Source: Paragordius varius
Lineage: Eukaryota > Animalia > Nematomorpha
Direction of reading: 5' to 3'
DNA: 64,000 nucleotides
Assembly: GCA_964247055.1 (NCBI GenBank)
Contig: OZ176060.1
Coordinates: 744,001 to 808,000 of the forward strand
Positions 37,049-51,350 of this stretch are shown here, in pieces. Below the pieces are notes generated by a model, which made no database searches, had not been told where the DNA came from, and saw only the letters and a list, made by a program, of their open reading frames with translations. A program made the translations under genes and the position numbers. Numbering within the stretch: position 1 is the stretch's first letter; each line of letters opens with the position of its first letter.

Positions 37049-40000
37049 TATAATTTTTAATAATTAAAAAAATATTAGAAAAAATAAAAAAATAATAAAA
37101 AAAAAAAAATAAAAAAAATATTTAAAAAAATCATATTTAAAAATTAAAAATTTACCAAAAATTATATAAATATATTTTAAGAATTAAAAAATTGAAATAA
37201 AAATTAAAAAAGATATATTATATATAATATTAAAAAGAATTAAATTGTTTTTTATTTATATAAATGAATAAATTTAATAATTTTATTAAAAAAAATTATT
37301 TATTAAATATAGTTTAATAATTTTTATAAATATAATTTTTTTTATTCAATACATTAAGTATATAAATAAATATAATTTATTTATATTAAAAAAATTAAAA
37401 TAAAATAAATTTCAAATCAATATATTATTAAAAAATATAAATTAAATAAATATTATTTAATTTTGTAAAAATTTCTAAATTATTTTTTTAAAAAAATATT
37501 TTTTTTTAATATTTTATTATTAAATAATTATATATAATAATTTAAATGAAATTTATACAATTAAATAAATATAAAATATTTAATAAAAAAATTTTTTATA
37601 AAATATTTAATAAAAATTTTTTTTAATATTTTTTATTTAAAGCGCCACCTTTTGTTCCACGAACGCCCAGGCTTTCGCCTATTACCATTAATTCTGGTAA
37701 ATTAATTTTTTTTAAATTTTTTAAAAAGTATATATTTTTTTTTAAATGTTAAAAAAAATTATATTTTATTAATTTTAATTAATTAATATTAAAAAAAAAA
37801 TTATTTTATAAAATATAAATTTTAATTTATTTAAAATATATAATATTTTTTATATATTTTCTAAAAAAAAATTTTTATTTTTTTTAAATTTTTTTTATTT
37901 TTAATAAATTAATATTATGTTTTTCTTTTTTTTTCATTTTAAAAACATTAAAAAAATTTAATATATAATATATTATATATTTTTATTATAAATATTTTTA
38001 TATATTAATTTAAAAATATTTTTTATGTTTAATTTTTTAAAATATATAATACTAAAATAATAACTTATAAATTTTTTTAAATTATTTTAATATTTCATTA
38101 CATTCTTTATTTTTTAACTTTTAAATTTATATTTATATAAAATATTTATAAAATATAATATTAAAAAACATTAAAAAATTTTTAAAAAATATATTATATT
38201 ATTTTTTACTTTTTTATTTTTTTCAAAAATTATTATATTTATTATATTAAATTTTTAAAAAATAATGAATATTTATTTTTTAATTTTTAAATTTAAATCT
38301 TTATAATATAACCAAAAAAATTAAATTTAATTAAATATAATTGTTTAATTATTATATATTTAAATAGCAATTTTATTTAAATAATTTTATATATTTTATT
38401 TTTGAAATTTTTTTATTTTTTTTAATTTTTTATTATTATTAATTTATATATATAATATGTATATATTTAATTTCAAATTTTTTATATTTTAAATTTTTTA
38501 ATATTTTTTTAATTTTTTAATTGTTCTATATTTTATTATAATTTTTTTAAAATTATTAAATATTTTTTTTATTAAACATTTTTAGTTCCCCCAATAATAA
38601 GAACACCATCAGCTGTTAAGCCACCTGGTTTACCTCGAGGTAAAAAATATTAATAAAAAATAATTTTTTTATTTTTTTAAATATTTTTTTTATTTGAAAA
38701 ATTAAATAAATTTTTATTATTTGGTTTTTTATAAAATATTTATAAAAAATTAATAAATTTATTAAAATATTTTTGATAAATTTTCTGAAACATTAATTTT
38801 TAATTAAAAAAAAATAAAAAAATTTTTATAAAATTATTTTATTTTATTTTTTATTTATTTTAAATAAAACATTTAATTATTTTAATATTTTATAATATAT
38901 TATATTAAAATTAATAATTTTATTAAAATATTTTTGATAAATTTTCTGAAAAATTAATTTTTAATTAAAAAAAATAAAAATTTTTTTATAAAATTATAAT
39001 TTTTTATAAAAAAATTTAATAAATTTTTTTTTAATAATTTTTATATTTTACATTTAATTTATAAAATATTAAAAGAATATTAAATATTTATTAATATATT
39101 TTTAATTTTATTATTTTTATAAAATTAATTTTTTAAGTAAAAAAAATAAAAAAAAAATTTTTTATTAAAAATTTAATAAATTTTATTTTATTTTTATTAT
39201 TTTTAATTTCTAAAATATTTTAAAAAAATAAATTTAACAAAATATTTTTATTAAAAATTATACTTTTTATTTTTTAATATAAAATTATATTTTAAAAAAA
39301 TTTTATTATTTTTTATTCTTTTATTTTAATAATAATTAAAAATATTCGTTATTTTAAAATTTTTTTTTGTTATTTTTCTATTTATTTACATTTTAAATAT
39401 TTTTTTAATTTTGATTTTTTAAATAATATAAAATAAAAAATAATTTTTTCAGAATTTAATTTATTATTTATTTTTTTAACCTAATTTATTTGATTTACAA
39501 CAAATTACATTAGTATTAAAAAATTAATAAAATTAAATTTTATTAAAAACAAAATAATTTTTTTTATTTTTTTATTAAAAAAAATAATTTTAATTTTTTA
39601 TAAAAATACATAATATTAATTTTAGAAAAATGAAGAAATAAAAAAATTTTATTTTTTTAACAATAACAAATAATTTATTTTATTAATATTTTAAATTTTA
39701 AATTTTTTTTAGAAAATAATTTTTTTGAAATTATATATATAAAAATTAATTATGTATAAAATAAATTTTTAAAAAAATTTCTTATTTTATTTTTTTTAAA
39801 AAAATAATAATATTTTTTATTAAAAATATAAAATAATTATTTTTTATTTTTTTTTATTTAAAAATAATTAAAATAATTAAATTATTTTTTTATAGATTAT
39901 TTATTTTTTAAAAAAATAAATTTTATATTTTATGAAATTAATTATTTAATTTAATTTATTATAATTTTAATTTATATTTATTATATAGTTTTAAAAAAAT

Positions 40001-43000
40001 TAAAAATAATTTTTTAATTTTTTTAAAATTTATAAATATAAAATTAACTTTATTTAAATAATTAATATTTTAATATATAATTTTAATTTTTTATGAAAAA
40101 AAATAATTATTTTTTTTTTATTTTTTTTTATTTTTTTAATTTTTTTAATTTTTTTTGTTTTTATTTTTATGATTTTTTAATAAAAATTGAAAAATAAACT
40201 AAATTTAATAAAAATAAATAATTAATAATAATAATTATTTTATTTTTTAATTATATATACATTTTATTATTTTATTTAAATTATTTTTTTTATAATATTA
40301 AAAAAAAATTTATATATATATATATTTTATATATATATCTATATATATCAAAATAAATATGTGAAAATATATTTATTTAAATTTTTAAATAATTTAAAAT
40401 AAAAATTATTTAAATTATTCTTATAAATTAAATTTTTAAATTATTATGAAAAAATATATTTTATAAATATTTAAATAAAAATATTTAAAAATTATATAAA
40501 TATATAAAAAAATAATAAAATATGAATTAAAAATTAAATATATTTATTAAAATTATTAAATATTTATATAATATATATAAATATATATTTTTAAAATTTA
40601 TTAAAATATATTAAAATAAAAATTATATATTATAAAATAAAGAAAATAATATTTAATTATTAAATTTATAAAATATTTAATTATTTAGAATTTATAAAAA
40701 ATAAAAAACATTTAAAATTATATATATTAAAAATAAAAATTAAAATATAAATTACAAAAGCTATGTTATAATATAATATTAAAAAAGAATAAAATTGTTT
40801 TTTATTTTATGAATAAATTAAATATTAAAAAAAAATATTTATTTAAAATACTTTTAAATTTTAAATAAATTTAAATTCTTTTTATTTTTCAATATATTAA
40901 ATATATAAATCAATATAATTTATTTATATTAAAAAAATTATAATAAATTAATATTTAATTTTAAATCAATATATTATTAAAAAATATAAATAAAATAAAA
41001 ATATTATTTAATTTTGTAAAAATTTTAAAATTATTTTTTTATAAAAAAATATTTTTTTGTAATATTTTATTTTTTGATTAATTTAAAATTTTTAATATCA
41101 TATTGAAATACATATTTTAATAAATAAATATAAAATATTTAATAAAATTTTTTTCACAAAAATAAATATTTTTTTAATATTTTTATTATAAAGCGCCACC
41201 TTTTGTTCCACGAACGCCCAGGATTACGCCTATTACCATTAATTCTGGTAAAAAAAAAATTAAATTTTAATTAATTAATTTTTTAATTTTTTAAATTAAT
41301 TTTTTTAAAAATATAAATAAATTTATATTTTATTAATTTTTGAAAATTAAAAAATTAATTTTTTTTAATTTACTTAAAATATATAATTTTTAAATATTTT
41401 GTTTATTAATAATATTATAAAAACATTAAAAAAAATTTAAAACAATATATTATATTATTTTTTACTTTTTTTATTTTAAATATTTTTATAGATTAAAAAA
41501 ATAATATTTTATTTAAAATATTTTTTATGTAATTTTATTTTTTTAATATATATAATACTAAAATAATAACTTATAAATTTTTTTTAAAAAATGATATATT
41601 TTTTACATTTTTTATTTTTTTTAAATTATTTAATATTTTTAATTTTTTTAAATAAATTTATATTTTTCTAAAATATTTTTTAATTATAATATTTTTTAAA
41701 TAAATTTATATTTTTTCAAATATTTATTTAAAATTATTAATTTTTTAAATTTAAATAATGATATATATTTAAAATTTTATTAATTTTAATTTATGATTTT
41801 TTTAGTTCCTCCAATAATAAGAACTCCATCAGCTGTTCAGCCACCTGGTTTACCTCGAGGTAAAAAATATTTATAAAAAATATATTTTTTATTTTTTTTT
41901 TATTTTTTATTTAAAAAAATTAAATAATATTTTTTATTTTAATAAAATTATTATTTTAATTAAAAAATTAATTTTTTAATTAAAATATTTTTAGTTAATA
42001 TTTTTTATTCAAAAAAAATAAAAAGAAAATTAAATATTTATTAATATATTTTTAATTTATTTTATTAATTTTACAAAATTACTTTTTCATTAAAAAAATA
42101 TGAAAATTAATGAATTTATTAAAACATTTTTAATTAAAAATTAATTTTTAATTAAAAAAAAAATTAAATTTTTATAATTTTTTCTATTTTTTATATAAAA
42201 TTATAAATATTTTAAAAAATTGTTTAATTTTTTATTTTATTATTTTAATAAAAAGATTCGTTTATTTTAAATTTTTTTTGTTTGTAATTTCTACTTATTT
42301 ACATTTTTTAGTATTTTTTTATTTTAATTTATTTAAAAAATAATTTTTATTTTTATTTAGTTTTTTCATTTGTTTATATTTTAATTTAATTTAAAACAAA
42401 ACTTACATTTGTATTTGAAAATTAATAATTTTATTTATTAACAAATAAAAATTTTCTCTTTTTTTATTTTGTTAAAAATTAAAAATAAATTTTTTTATAT
42501 TTTTATTTATTAAAAAAAGGTATTTTTTTAAAAAATAATTTTTTTTAAATTATATATATAAAAATTAATTATGTATAAAATAACATTTTTTGTTAAATTA
42601 ATATAATCTTTTATTATTTTAATTTATAAAAAAAATTAAAATAATAATTTAAGAAAAAAATATAAATTATTTTTTAAATTATTTTATATTATTTTCTATT
42701 TTAAAAATATTATTAGTTAAAAAATAATAATTAAATTAAATTTGTTTTTTATTAAAATTAAAATAATTTCATAATTTATATTTATCTTTTTATTTTTATT
42801 TGATTATTTGGTTTTTTTTAGTTTTTTATATAAAATAAAAATAAATGATTATTTTTTAAAATAAAAATAATTTATATTTTTTTTAATTTTATTATTTTTT
42901 ATTTCTTTTATTATTTAAAAATTATTTTTTTTTTTAAATTTTTTAGTTTTTGTTCAATATTTTTTAATTAATATATATATATTTTTTAACAAATTAAAAT

Positions 43001-46000
43001 ATCTTTATTAAATTTTTAATTTTTAAATATTTTTTAAAAATCTAAAATAATTATTTTTTAATTTTTATTTTTAAAAGATTAAAAATATAAAAATAAATTT
43101 TTTTAATTTTTTTTAATTTTTTAATATTTATATTTAATTTTAGATTTTTTTTAATTATTTATAATTTTTTATAAAATTAAAAATTTTTAAAAATACATAA
43201 ATTAAATTTTTTTAAAATTTAAAAAAAATAAAATAATTATATTTAAATTTTTTTTTTATTTTTTTAATAAAAATTAATATTTTATAGAAATAATTTTTTT
43301 TTAATATTTTTTTTTTTATTTTTTTTAATTAATAAATAATTTTTTTATTAAAAACAAAAATAATTTTTTTTTATTTATTAATTTTTTTTTTTAATTTTTT
43401 TTATTTTATTTATTTTTTTTAAATTTTTTTTTAGTTTTTGTCCCAATGAGCATAATGGCAATGAATATGGATGAATGGCAATGCGAATTCGATGTAAATT
43501 ATTTTTTATTAAATCAGCTGTTTTTTATAAAAGAAATATTTTTTTTTAAAAAAAATTTTAAAATAAAAATATTTATTTTTATATAAAAAGATAGTTTTAT
43601 TAAAAAATAATTAATTTGGAATCTAATATGAAATATTTAGAATTAAAAATATATATTTTAAAATTTAAATAATTTTAAAATTTTATAAATAAATATAAAT
43701 ATTAAATTTTTATAAATATTTAAATATTTATTTAATTAGAATATTTATTTAATTATTTTATTTAATATTTTAAATTTTTATTTAAAAAAACAGCTGTTTT
43801 TATAAATATAAAAAAATATTTTAATTTATTTAAATATTTATAAATAAATCAATTATTAAAATAATAAAAAAGTTGTTTTTTAATGAAAATTATAAAAAAA
43901 TATAAATGTAATATAATTTTTCAATATTTAAATTAAAGTATTTTCAAATAATATATGTATATAATAATTTTTTAAAATAAAATTTTATAAAAATTATAAA
44001 TTAAATAATTTAATTATTTAAATATTTTCCTAAACAGCTGTTTTTTAATTTTCCACTAGAGTATGAAAATAAATGCAAACAGGAAAGAAATAAATTTTGA
44101 ATGCAAATCAGCTGTTTTTAATAAAAAAAAAATTAAAAAAAAAATTTTAAATTTATTTAAATATAATAATAAAAATAATTAAATTTTTATAAATTTATTA
44201 ATTAATTAAAAATTTTAATTATTTTTTTAAATATTTTTAAATAACTGTATTTTAAACTAAATAATTAAATTTTTAGTATTTTTAAAAATATTTTTAAAAT
44301 TATTTAATTTATATATTAATTTTAATTTTATTTTATTTTTTCAAAAAATATTTTTAAAAATCAGCTGTTTTTTTAAAAAATAAAATTTCCACTAGAGTAT
44401 GAAAATAAATGCAAACAGGAAAGAAATAAATTTTGAATGCAAAACAGCTGATGGAATATATCCTGTGCCTGGAAAGAATTGTGTTTGGTAAAATAAATTT
44501 ATAAAAAAATTTTATAAAAAAATTTAATAAAATATTTTTATAAATAAAATATTATTAATTTATAATCTTTAAAAATATTTTAAATAATTTAAAATATTTA
44601 AAAAAATTAAAAAATAATTTTATAAAATACATTTTTTTGAAAAAAAATATTTTAATTTAAAAATTTTATTAATTAAATTATTAATCTTTTTTTTATAAAT
44701 TATTATTTATTTTTTTAAAAAAAATCAATTTATAAATAAATAAATTTTAAATATATTTTCTAAAATATTTTTATAAAAAAAGATTTTAAATTATTTAATA
44801 TTATTTTCATATTTTTGTAAAAATTAAAAAAATTTTTTATAAAAATTTATTATTTTTCATATATTATTTATTTATATTTATAAAAATTATTTAGAATAAA
44901 TTATAAAAAATTTATATAAAGATATTAATTTAATTAATATTAAAATATTTTTTTATAAAAAAAAAATTAATTAAAAATAAAAAAAAAATATTATATTTAA
45001 ATTATTTAAATAGTTTTAAAAAATAATTTCTTAGAAAATTATTTAAAATTATTTCTAAAATAAATTATTTTTTATAAAAAAAAATAAAAATTTTATTTTT
45101 GTTTTAATTTTTAAATAAAATAATTTTAAATTAAATATATTTATTATAAAAAAACATTTTTAAAAATTTCTTAATAAAATATAATAAATAAAAATAATAT
45201 TTTTTAATTATTTAATTGATAAATCAATTTAAATGGATTTATTTTATTTAAATTTTTTAATATTTGCTAAAAAAAATAATTTTTTAAAAATAAAAATTAA
45301 TTTATTTTTAAATAAATATTTATTAAAATTAATTTTTAAAAATTTTTTTTAATAATTGTTGAATTAAAATTATTTTTGAAAAAATATTCCATTTTTTTAT
45401 TAATTTTTAATTATTTATATAATTAAAATATAAAAAAATTAAATAATTTTGTAAAATATTAATTTTAAAAATATTTTTATGTAATTTTTTTTAAATAAAA
45501 TTAAAAAATTAAAAAAAATTTTTTTTAAAAAAAATATTATTGTAAAATATAAAAAAAATAAAAAAATTAAAAAAAAATTTTTTTAAAAAAATATAAAAAT
45601 ACTAATTTTTTTATTTTTAAAAAAATTATTTTATTTAAATTTATATATTTTTAATAATAATTAAATTATTTAATTAAAATTAGAAAAAATAGAAATTAAA
45701 AAAATATTTGAATTTATTTTATATAATAAATAAAAATAAATAATTAACTAAATATATATTTTTTATATAATAAATAAAAAATTTTTAATTAAATTTAAAT
45801 TAATAATTTTTTTTAAAATATTTTAAATAAAAATTATTTTAAAAAAAATTATTTTTTTATTTTTTTTTAAAAATAAATAAATTTTTTTTATTTATTTTAT
45901 AAAAAAATAAAATAAAATATTCTAAATTATTTTTTATAAAAATAATAATTTATTAAAAGAGATTTTTTTTAAAAAAATTTAATTTTTAGAATAAAAAATA

Positions 46001-46614
46001 AAAATTTTATATTTTTTATATAAATTAATTATTTAAATAATTTTTTTTGATAAATTCAATTAATTTAATTAAAAACTATTATTAAATATTTAAAATAAAA
46101 ACTTAAATTTAAATAAAATAATTATTTTATGTTTAAAATATTATTTAAAAATATTTTAAAAAAAAATTATTTTAAAAAAATATTATTTAAAAATAATTTT
46201 TTTTATTTTTTTATTTTTTAAAATTATTTATTTTTTTAATTTATTTATAAATATTTTTTTATTTTTAAATTAATTAATTTATTTTTAAAATATATTTTAA
46301 AAAAAAATATTTATTAAAAAATATTTTTATTTATTTTTATTTATAAAAAATTATTTATTTATAAATATATTAAATTTAAATATTTATTAAAAAATTTTTT
46401 TTAAAAAAAATATTTTTTTTATAAATAATTTTTATAAAAAAAATTTAAAATAATTATTTAATTTATTTTTTTTTAATTTATATTTTATTTTCTTGTAAGG
46501 TATGTTGCCTGTTCCAATTTCTATGCTTGGTTCATGTGTTGTCCACATGGAACACTTTTTGATGTTCGGTCAAACATTTGCGAAACAGCTGATAAAATAA
46601 CATGTGATTATTGA
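30813..46614 (+). CDS. Pro/Ser/Thr-rich chitin-binding (CBM14) protein, copy C; lacks one exon, has two exons duplicated; no start of its own found
   Basis: Exons 30813-30978, 32712-32763, 33838-33918, 35352-35410, 36068-36100, 36847-36918, 37643-37696, 38586-38639, 41194-41247, 41806-41859, 43435-43493, 44396-44487, 46500-46614. 945 nt, open, 314 aa plus stop, same six-Cys domain. No frameshifts or stops relative to copy B. Confidence 0.85.
34202..34246. repeat. (TA)n microsatellite
   Basis: About 22 TA units. Similar tracts at about 19645-19672, 37006-37044, 48360-48393 and 56923-56960. Confidence 0.9.
44035..44114 (+). repeat. Truncated duplicate of the acceptor and 5' part of the penultimate chitin exon (copy C)
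   Basis: cagctgttttttaattttccactag|agtatgaaaataaatgcaaacaggaaagaaataaattttgaatgcaaatcagctg, then AT filler. The full exon follows at 44396. Confidence 0.85.
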
Positions 46615-46749
46615 TTGGAAAAAAACGTTTTTATTGAAATAAATATTTTTAATAAATTTTTAATAAATATATAAATAATAAATTTGAAAATTTTCTATAT
46701 TCATATTTTTATTGATTATTCTAGAAATATAAATATTTATTAAAAAAAT

Positions 46750-46897
46750 TGCGAAACGGCTGATAAAATAACATGTAATTATTGAAAACAGCTGTTATAA
46801 TTGAAATAAAAATTTTGAATGAATAATAAATTCTTAATAAATTAAATAAAATTTTAAAAATATATAGATATATATTTAATATATTATTTTATTAATA

Positions 46898-46947
<50 letters not shown>

Positions 46948-48355
46948 TTAATATTTTTAATTTATTATATATATATAAATATATATTTTATATATATATT
47001 TGTATTTTATTAATAAATATTTTTCTTAAAATTAAAAAAATTTAAAAATAAATTAAGAAACAGTTGATTAAATGTAGTTATTGATTGAAAAATAGCTGTT
47101 ATAATTGAAATAAATATTTTGAATAAATTTATTAATATATATATATGAATTAAAATAATATATATATATATATAATTAATATAATTTATACATATATATA
47201 TATATAATTAATATAATTTATACATATATATATATATATATATATATATTAGTAAATTTAAGATATTTTTAGTTTTTATTAAAAAAATTAAAAAAAAATT
47301 TGCGAAAGAGCTGATAAAATAACATGTGATTATTGAAAACAGCTGTGATAATTGAAATAAATATTTTGAATAAATTTTGAATATATTTTGAAAAATTTTA
47401 TATTTATATATATGAATTTATTATAATATTAATTTTTTATTTTATATTTTTTGATTTTTCTAATATAAAGATTTAAAATAATTTGTGAAACTGCTGATAA
47501 AATAACATGTGATTACTGAACAGCTGTTATGATTGAAAATTTGAAATTAATTTATTAATATTTTTATAAATTTTTATAATATATTTATATATAATTTTAA
47601 AATAATTTTAAAATAATTAATATTAAATATTTATATATATATATGTATATTAGTGATTTTTCTATATTTATATTTGTAATGATTTGAAAAGTAAATTTTA
47701 AAAATATGAAACAGCTGATAAAATAACATGTGTTTATTAAACAGCTGTTATAATTGAAATTGAAATAAATTTATTAATAATATATATAATTAATTATGTA
47801 TGAATTAATTCATATAATAATATATTTATAATTTTTAAAAATTTTCCTGCAATAAATATTTTGGAAAACAAAAAAATAATTAAAAAACAGCTGATAAAAT
47901 AAAATGTGATTATTACACAGCTGTTATAACTGAAATTGAAATACATTTATTAATTATATAATTTTTATAATAATAAATATATTTTTAATCTTTTATTTTA
48001 TTAATAAATATTTTTATTAAAATTAAAAATTTTTTATTTAATTTGCGAAACTGATTAAACAACATGCGATTATTGAACAGCTGATATTATTGAAATAAAT
48101 ATTTTTCATAAATTAATTAATAATTATTTATGTTATATAATTTATAAATATATTTAATATTGAATATATATATATATATATATATGTTATTCTATTTGAA
48201 AAATAATAATAAATATTATATATATATTTGATAAAATTAAAAAAATTGTAAAAAAAATTTGCGTGATAAAATAACATGTGATTACTGAACAGCTGATTGA
48301 AAATTTGAAAAAAATTTATTAATAATTTTTAATAAATTTTTAAAATATATAATTT

Positions 48356-48397
<42 letters not shown>

Positions 48398-48424
48398 AAT
48401 ATTTTATTTTATTAATAAAATACT

Positions 48425-48455
<31 letters not shown>

Positions 48456-49020
48456 TTATTAATATTTTATTATTTTAATTTTTATGATTTTTCCTAAAAC
48501 TAAAAATATTAAAGAAAATTAAAGTAACAGCTGATAAAATATGTTATTGATTGGAAAACAGATGTTTTTTTTGAATTATATAAATTTATTAATAAAATTT
48601 TTTTTAAATTTTTAATAATATAATTTATATAATTAATTTTCAAAAATTATTATCAAAAAAATTTAAAAAAGTTTTGCGAAACAGCTGATAAGATTTGATT
48701 ACTGATTGGAAAAATTGATGTTTTTAAAAAATTCGAATAAATATATTCAAACTTTTTTAATAATTTTATAATAATTTTATAATTATAGATAAATTTATTA
48801 ATATTATTATATTTAATAAAAATACCTTGAATATTAAATATAAATTTTAGAAAAAATTTAAACATTATTAATTAAACAGCTGAAAAAATAACGTATTGTT
48901 AATGAACGGAAAACAGATGTTTTTATTGATGAATATATATATTATTACCAAAAAAAATATTAAAAAACAGATGATAAAATAACATATGATTTTTGATTAA
49001 AACAGCTGTTTTTTAATTAT
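46750..49020 (+). repeat. More than 10 reiterations of the chitin-gene terminal exon end (copy C), decaying distally
   Basis: gcgaaacagctgataaaataacatgtgattattga...cagctgtt variants at about 46750, 47056, 47301, 47484, 47706, 47885, 48044, 48260, 48526, 48674 and 48965. Confidence 0.85.
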
Positions 49021-50395
49021 ATAAATATTTTTACATATAATAAAATTAATTATTTATATATAAATAAATGTATTTTTGATTTGAACTTTATAGTTTATTT
49101 ATTTTTAAATAAAAAAATGCTAAACAGCTGATTTGTTATATTTATATAAACAGATATAGATAGTAAAAAAACAGCTGATTTTTTAAAAAAAATATATTAT
49201 TTAATTGTATATTTTTTTAATAAAAAAATAATTTTTAAAGACTAAAAAAATAAAAACAGCTGTTATATGAAAAAAATAAATATAATGAAATTAAATTATA
49301 TTATATTTTTTATAATTAATTAATTAAAAAAAATAATTAAACAGCTAATTAATATAATAAAAAAATTTATATAAAAATAATATTATTGAAATATAATTTA
49401 TGTATTTAAAACAGCTGATTTGAACATAAAATGGTTTTGTAAATAAATATATTATAAATTATAAAAACATATAATTGATATTATTTTAATTATTTCAAAT
49501 TATAAAAAAAATTGGATATTTCTTTAAATAAAAAAAATTTTTATTATAAAACAAAAATTTATATATATAAAAAAAATAAAAAATATTAATAAAATTTTTA
49601 TATATTTAAAACCGCCAATTAAATTTTGCTTTCTTAATAATATTTAAATTAAAAGCTATATAAAAAATTCAAAGTTTTAATATTTAAGAAAAATTATAAT
49701 TATAAATTATTTTATTAATTCTCAAAAATTATTTAAATATTTTTCATAATTAAAAAATATATATTAAATTTTTATATAAAAACCATATTTATAAATAAAT
49801 AATTTAAATAAAATAATTAAATTATTTTGAAAAATAATTAATATTAATAAAAAAATAACAGAAAAATATTAAAATATTAATTTTTTATTGAGATTTATTA
49901 TTGTTAAATTAAAAAATTTATACAAAAATAAAAATTTATTATTAAAATAATAATTTTAATAACATTAGTATATATTAATATTTATATATAAAATATATAA
50001 ATATTTGAAATATAATAATTAATTTTATTAAATTATATATAATATTTAGAAAAATATACATAAGATAAAATTATAAAAAAATAAAAAAAATAATGAAAAA
50101 AATTTCTAATATAAAAAATTAATTTTTATAAAAAATATTAATTTAATAAAATATTAATATATATTATTTTAACATAAATGGAAATAATATAAATATAGAT
50201 TTTTTATAAAAATAAATAAATAAATAAAATTTTTATTAATAAATTATATTTTTATTTATTTAAAAAAATAAAATTTTAAGTAAAATTAAATTTATATTTT
50301 CATTAAATTTTTTTATTTTTCTAAAAACAATTAAATTTTATTGATATTAATAAAAATAAATAAATATATATATATATATATAATATATATATATT

Positions 50396-50429
<34 letters not shown>

Positions 50430-50832
50430 TATATTTATTAGAATAAAATAATTTAAATTATTAAAAAAAAATAAAATAAAATCAAAACATTTTGTTTTTA
50501 AAAAATAAAATTTATTATATATTTATTAAAAGTTTATTAAATATCAATTATATAAAAATATATAAAAATAAATTAAATATATAATTATTTAAAATAAAAT
50601 TATAAAGGTTTTTTAAAAAAAATTAGTTTAAAATAAAATTATAAAAAAAATAAAATATAATAAATTATATATTTGATACTTGCAATTGAATTTTTATTTT
50701 TAATACAGCATTATTAAATAATAATAAAAAATAAATAAAAATATTATTTAATAATATTATTTATAAAATAAATAAAATTTAAAAATAAGAATTATTCAAA
50801 ATATTTTTGAAAATAATAAAAATACAAATAAA

Positions 50833-50908
50833 AAAACATGCGTTTTTGTTTTCATTCATTTGTTTGCCGTTTTAAATTTCGAATCGAAAAAGCGCAAAAA
50901 TATATTTT
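50833..50908. other. Second copy of the invariant 76-bp element
   Basis: Identical to 19771-19846. About 55 bp downstream lies tattcctggaaaagtatatttata (50961), also conserved at about 19904. Confidence 0.7.
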
Positions 50909-51350
50909 TAATTTTTTAATAAAAATATTAAAAATAAAAAATAAATTTATAAATTTATTTTATTCCTGGAAAAGTATATTTATATATAAATGTATATATA
51001 TTTTATTATTTTAATAAAGTTTAAAATTATAATTTTACCATTTTTATGTTTTTTTAAATTTTATGAAATTTAATAAATTTTTTTAAAATTATATATTTTT
51101 AACAATATTTTATTAATTTTCAATATTTAGCTTATTTAAATTAAACCAATTATTTTTAAAAAATATATTTATTATATATTTTTAAAATTATTTGTTAATT
51201 TTATAAAATTTCAAAAAATCAAAACATTTTTTAAATATATATTTTATAGTTTAAAAATTATTTTTTTTTATTTTTATTTTTCGTTATACATAGAATTTAT
51301 AATAATAAATATTTTTGTATTATTTAAAAATTAGATAGTTGATTAAAATA

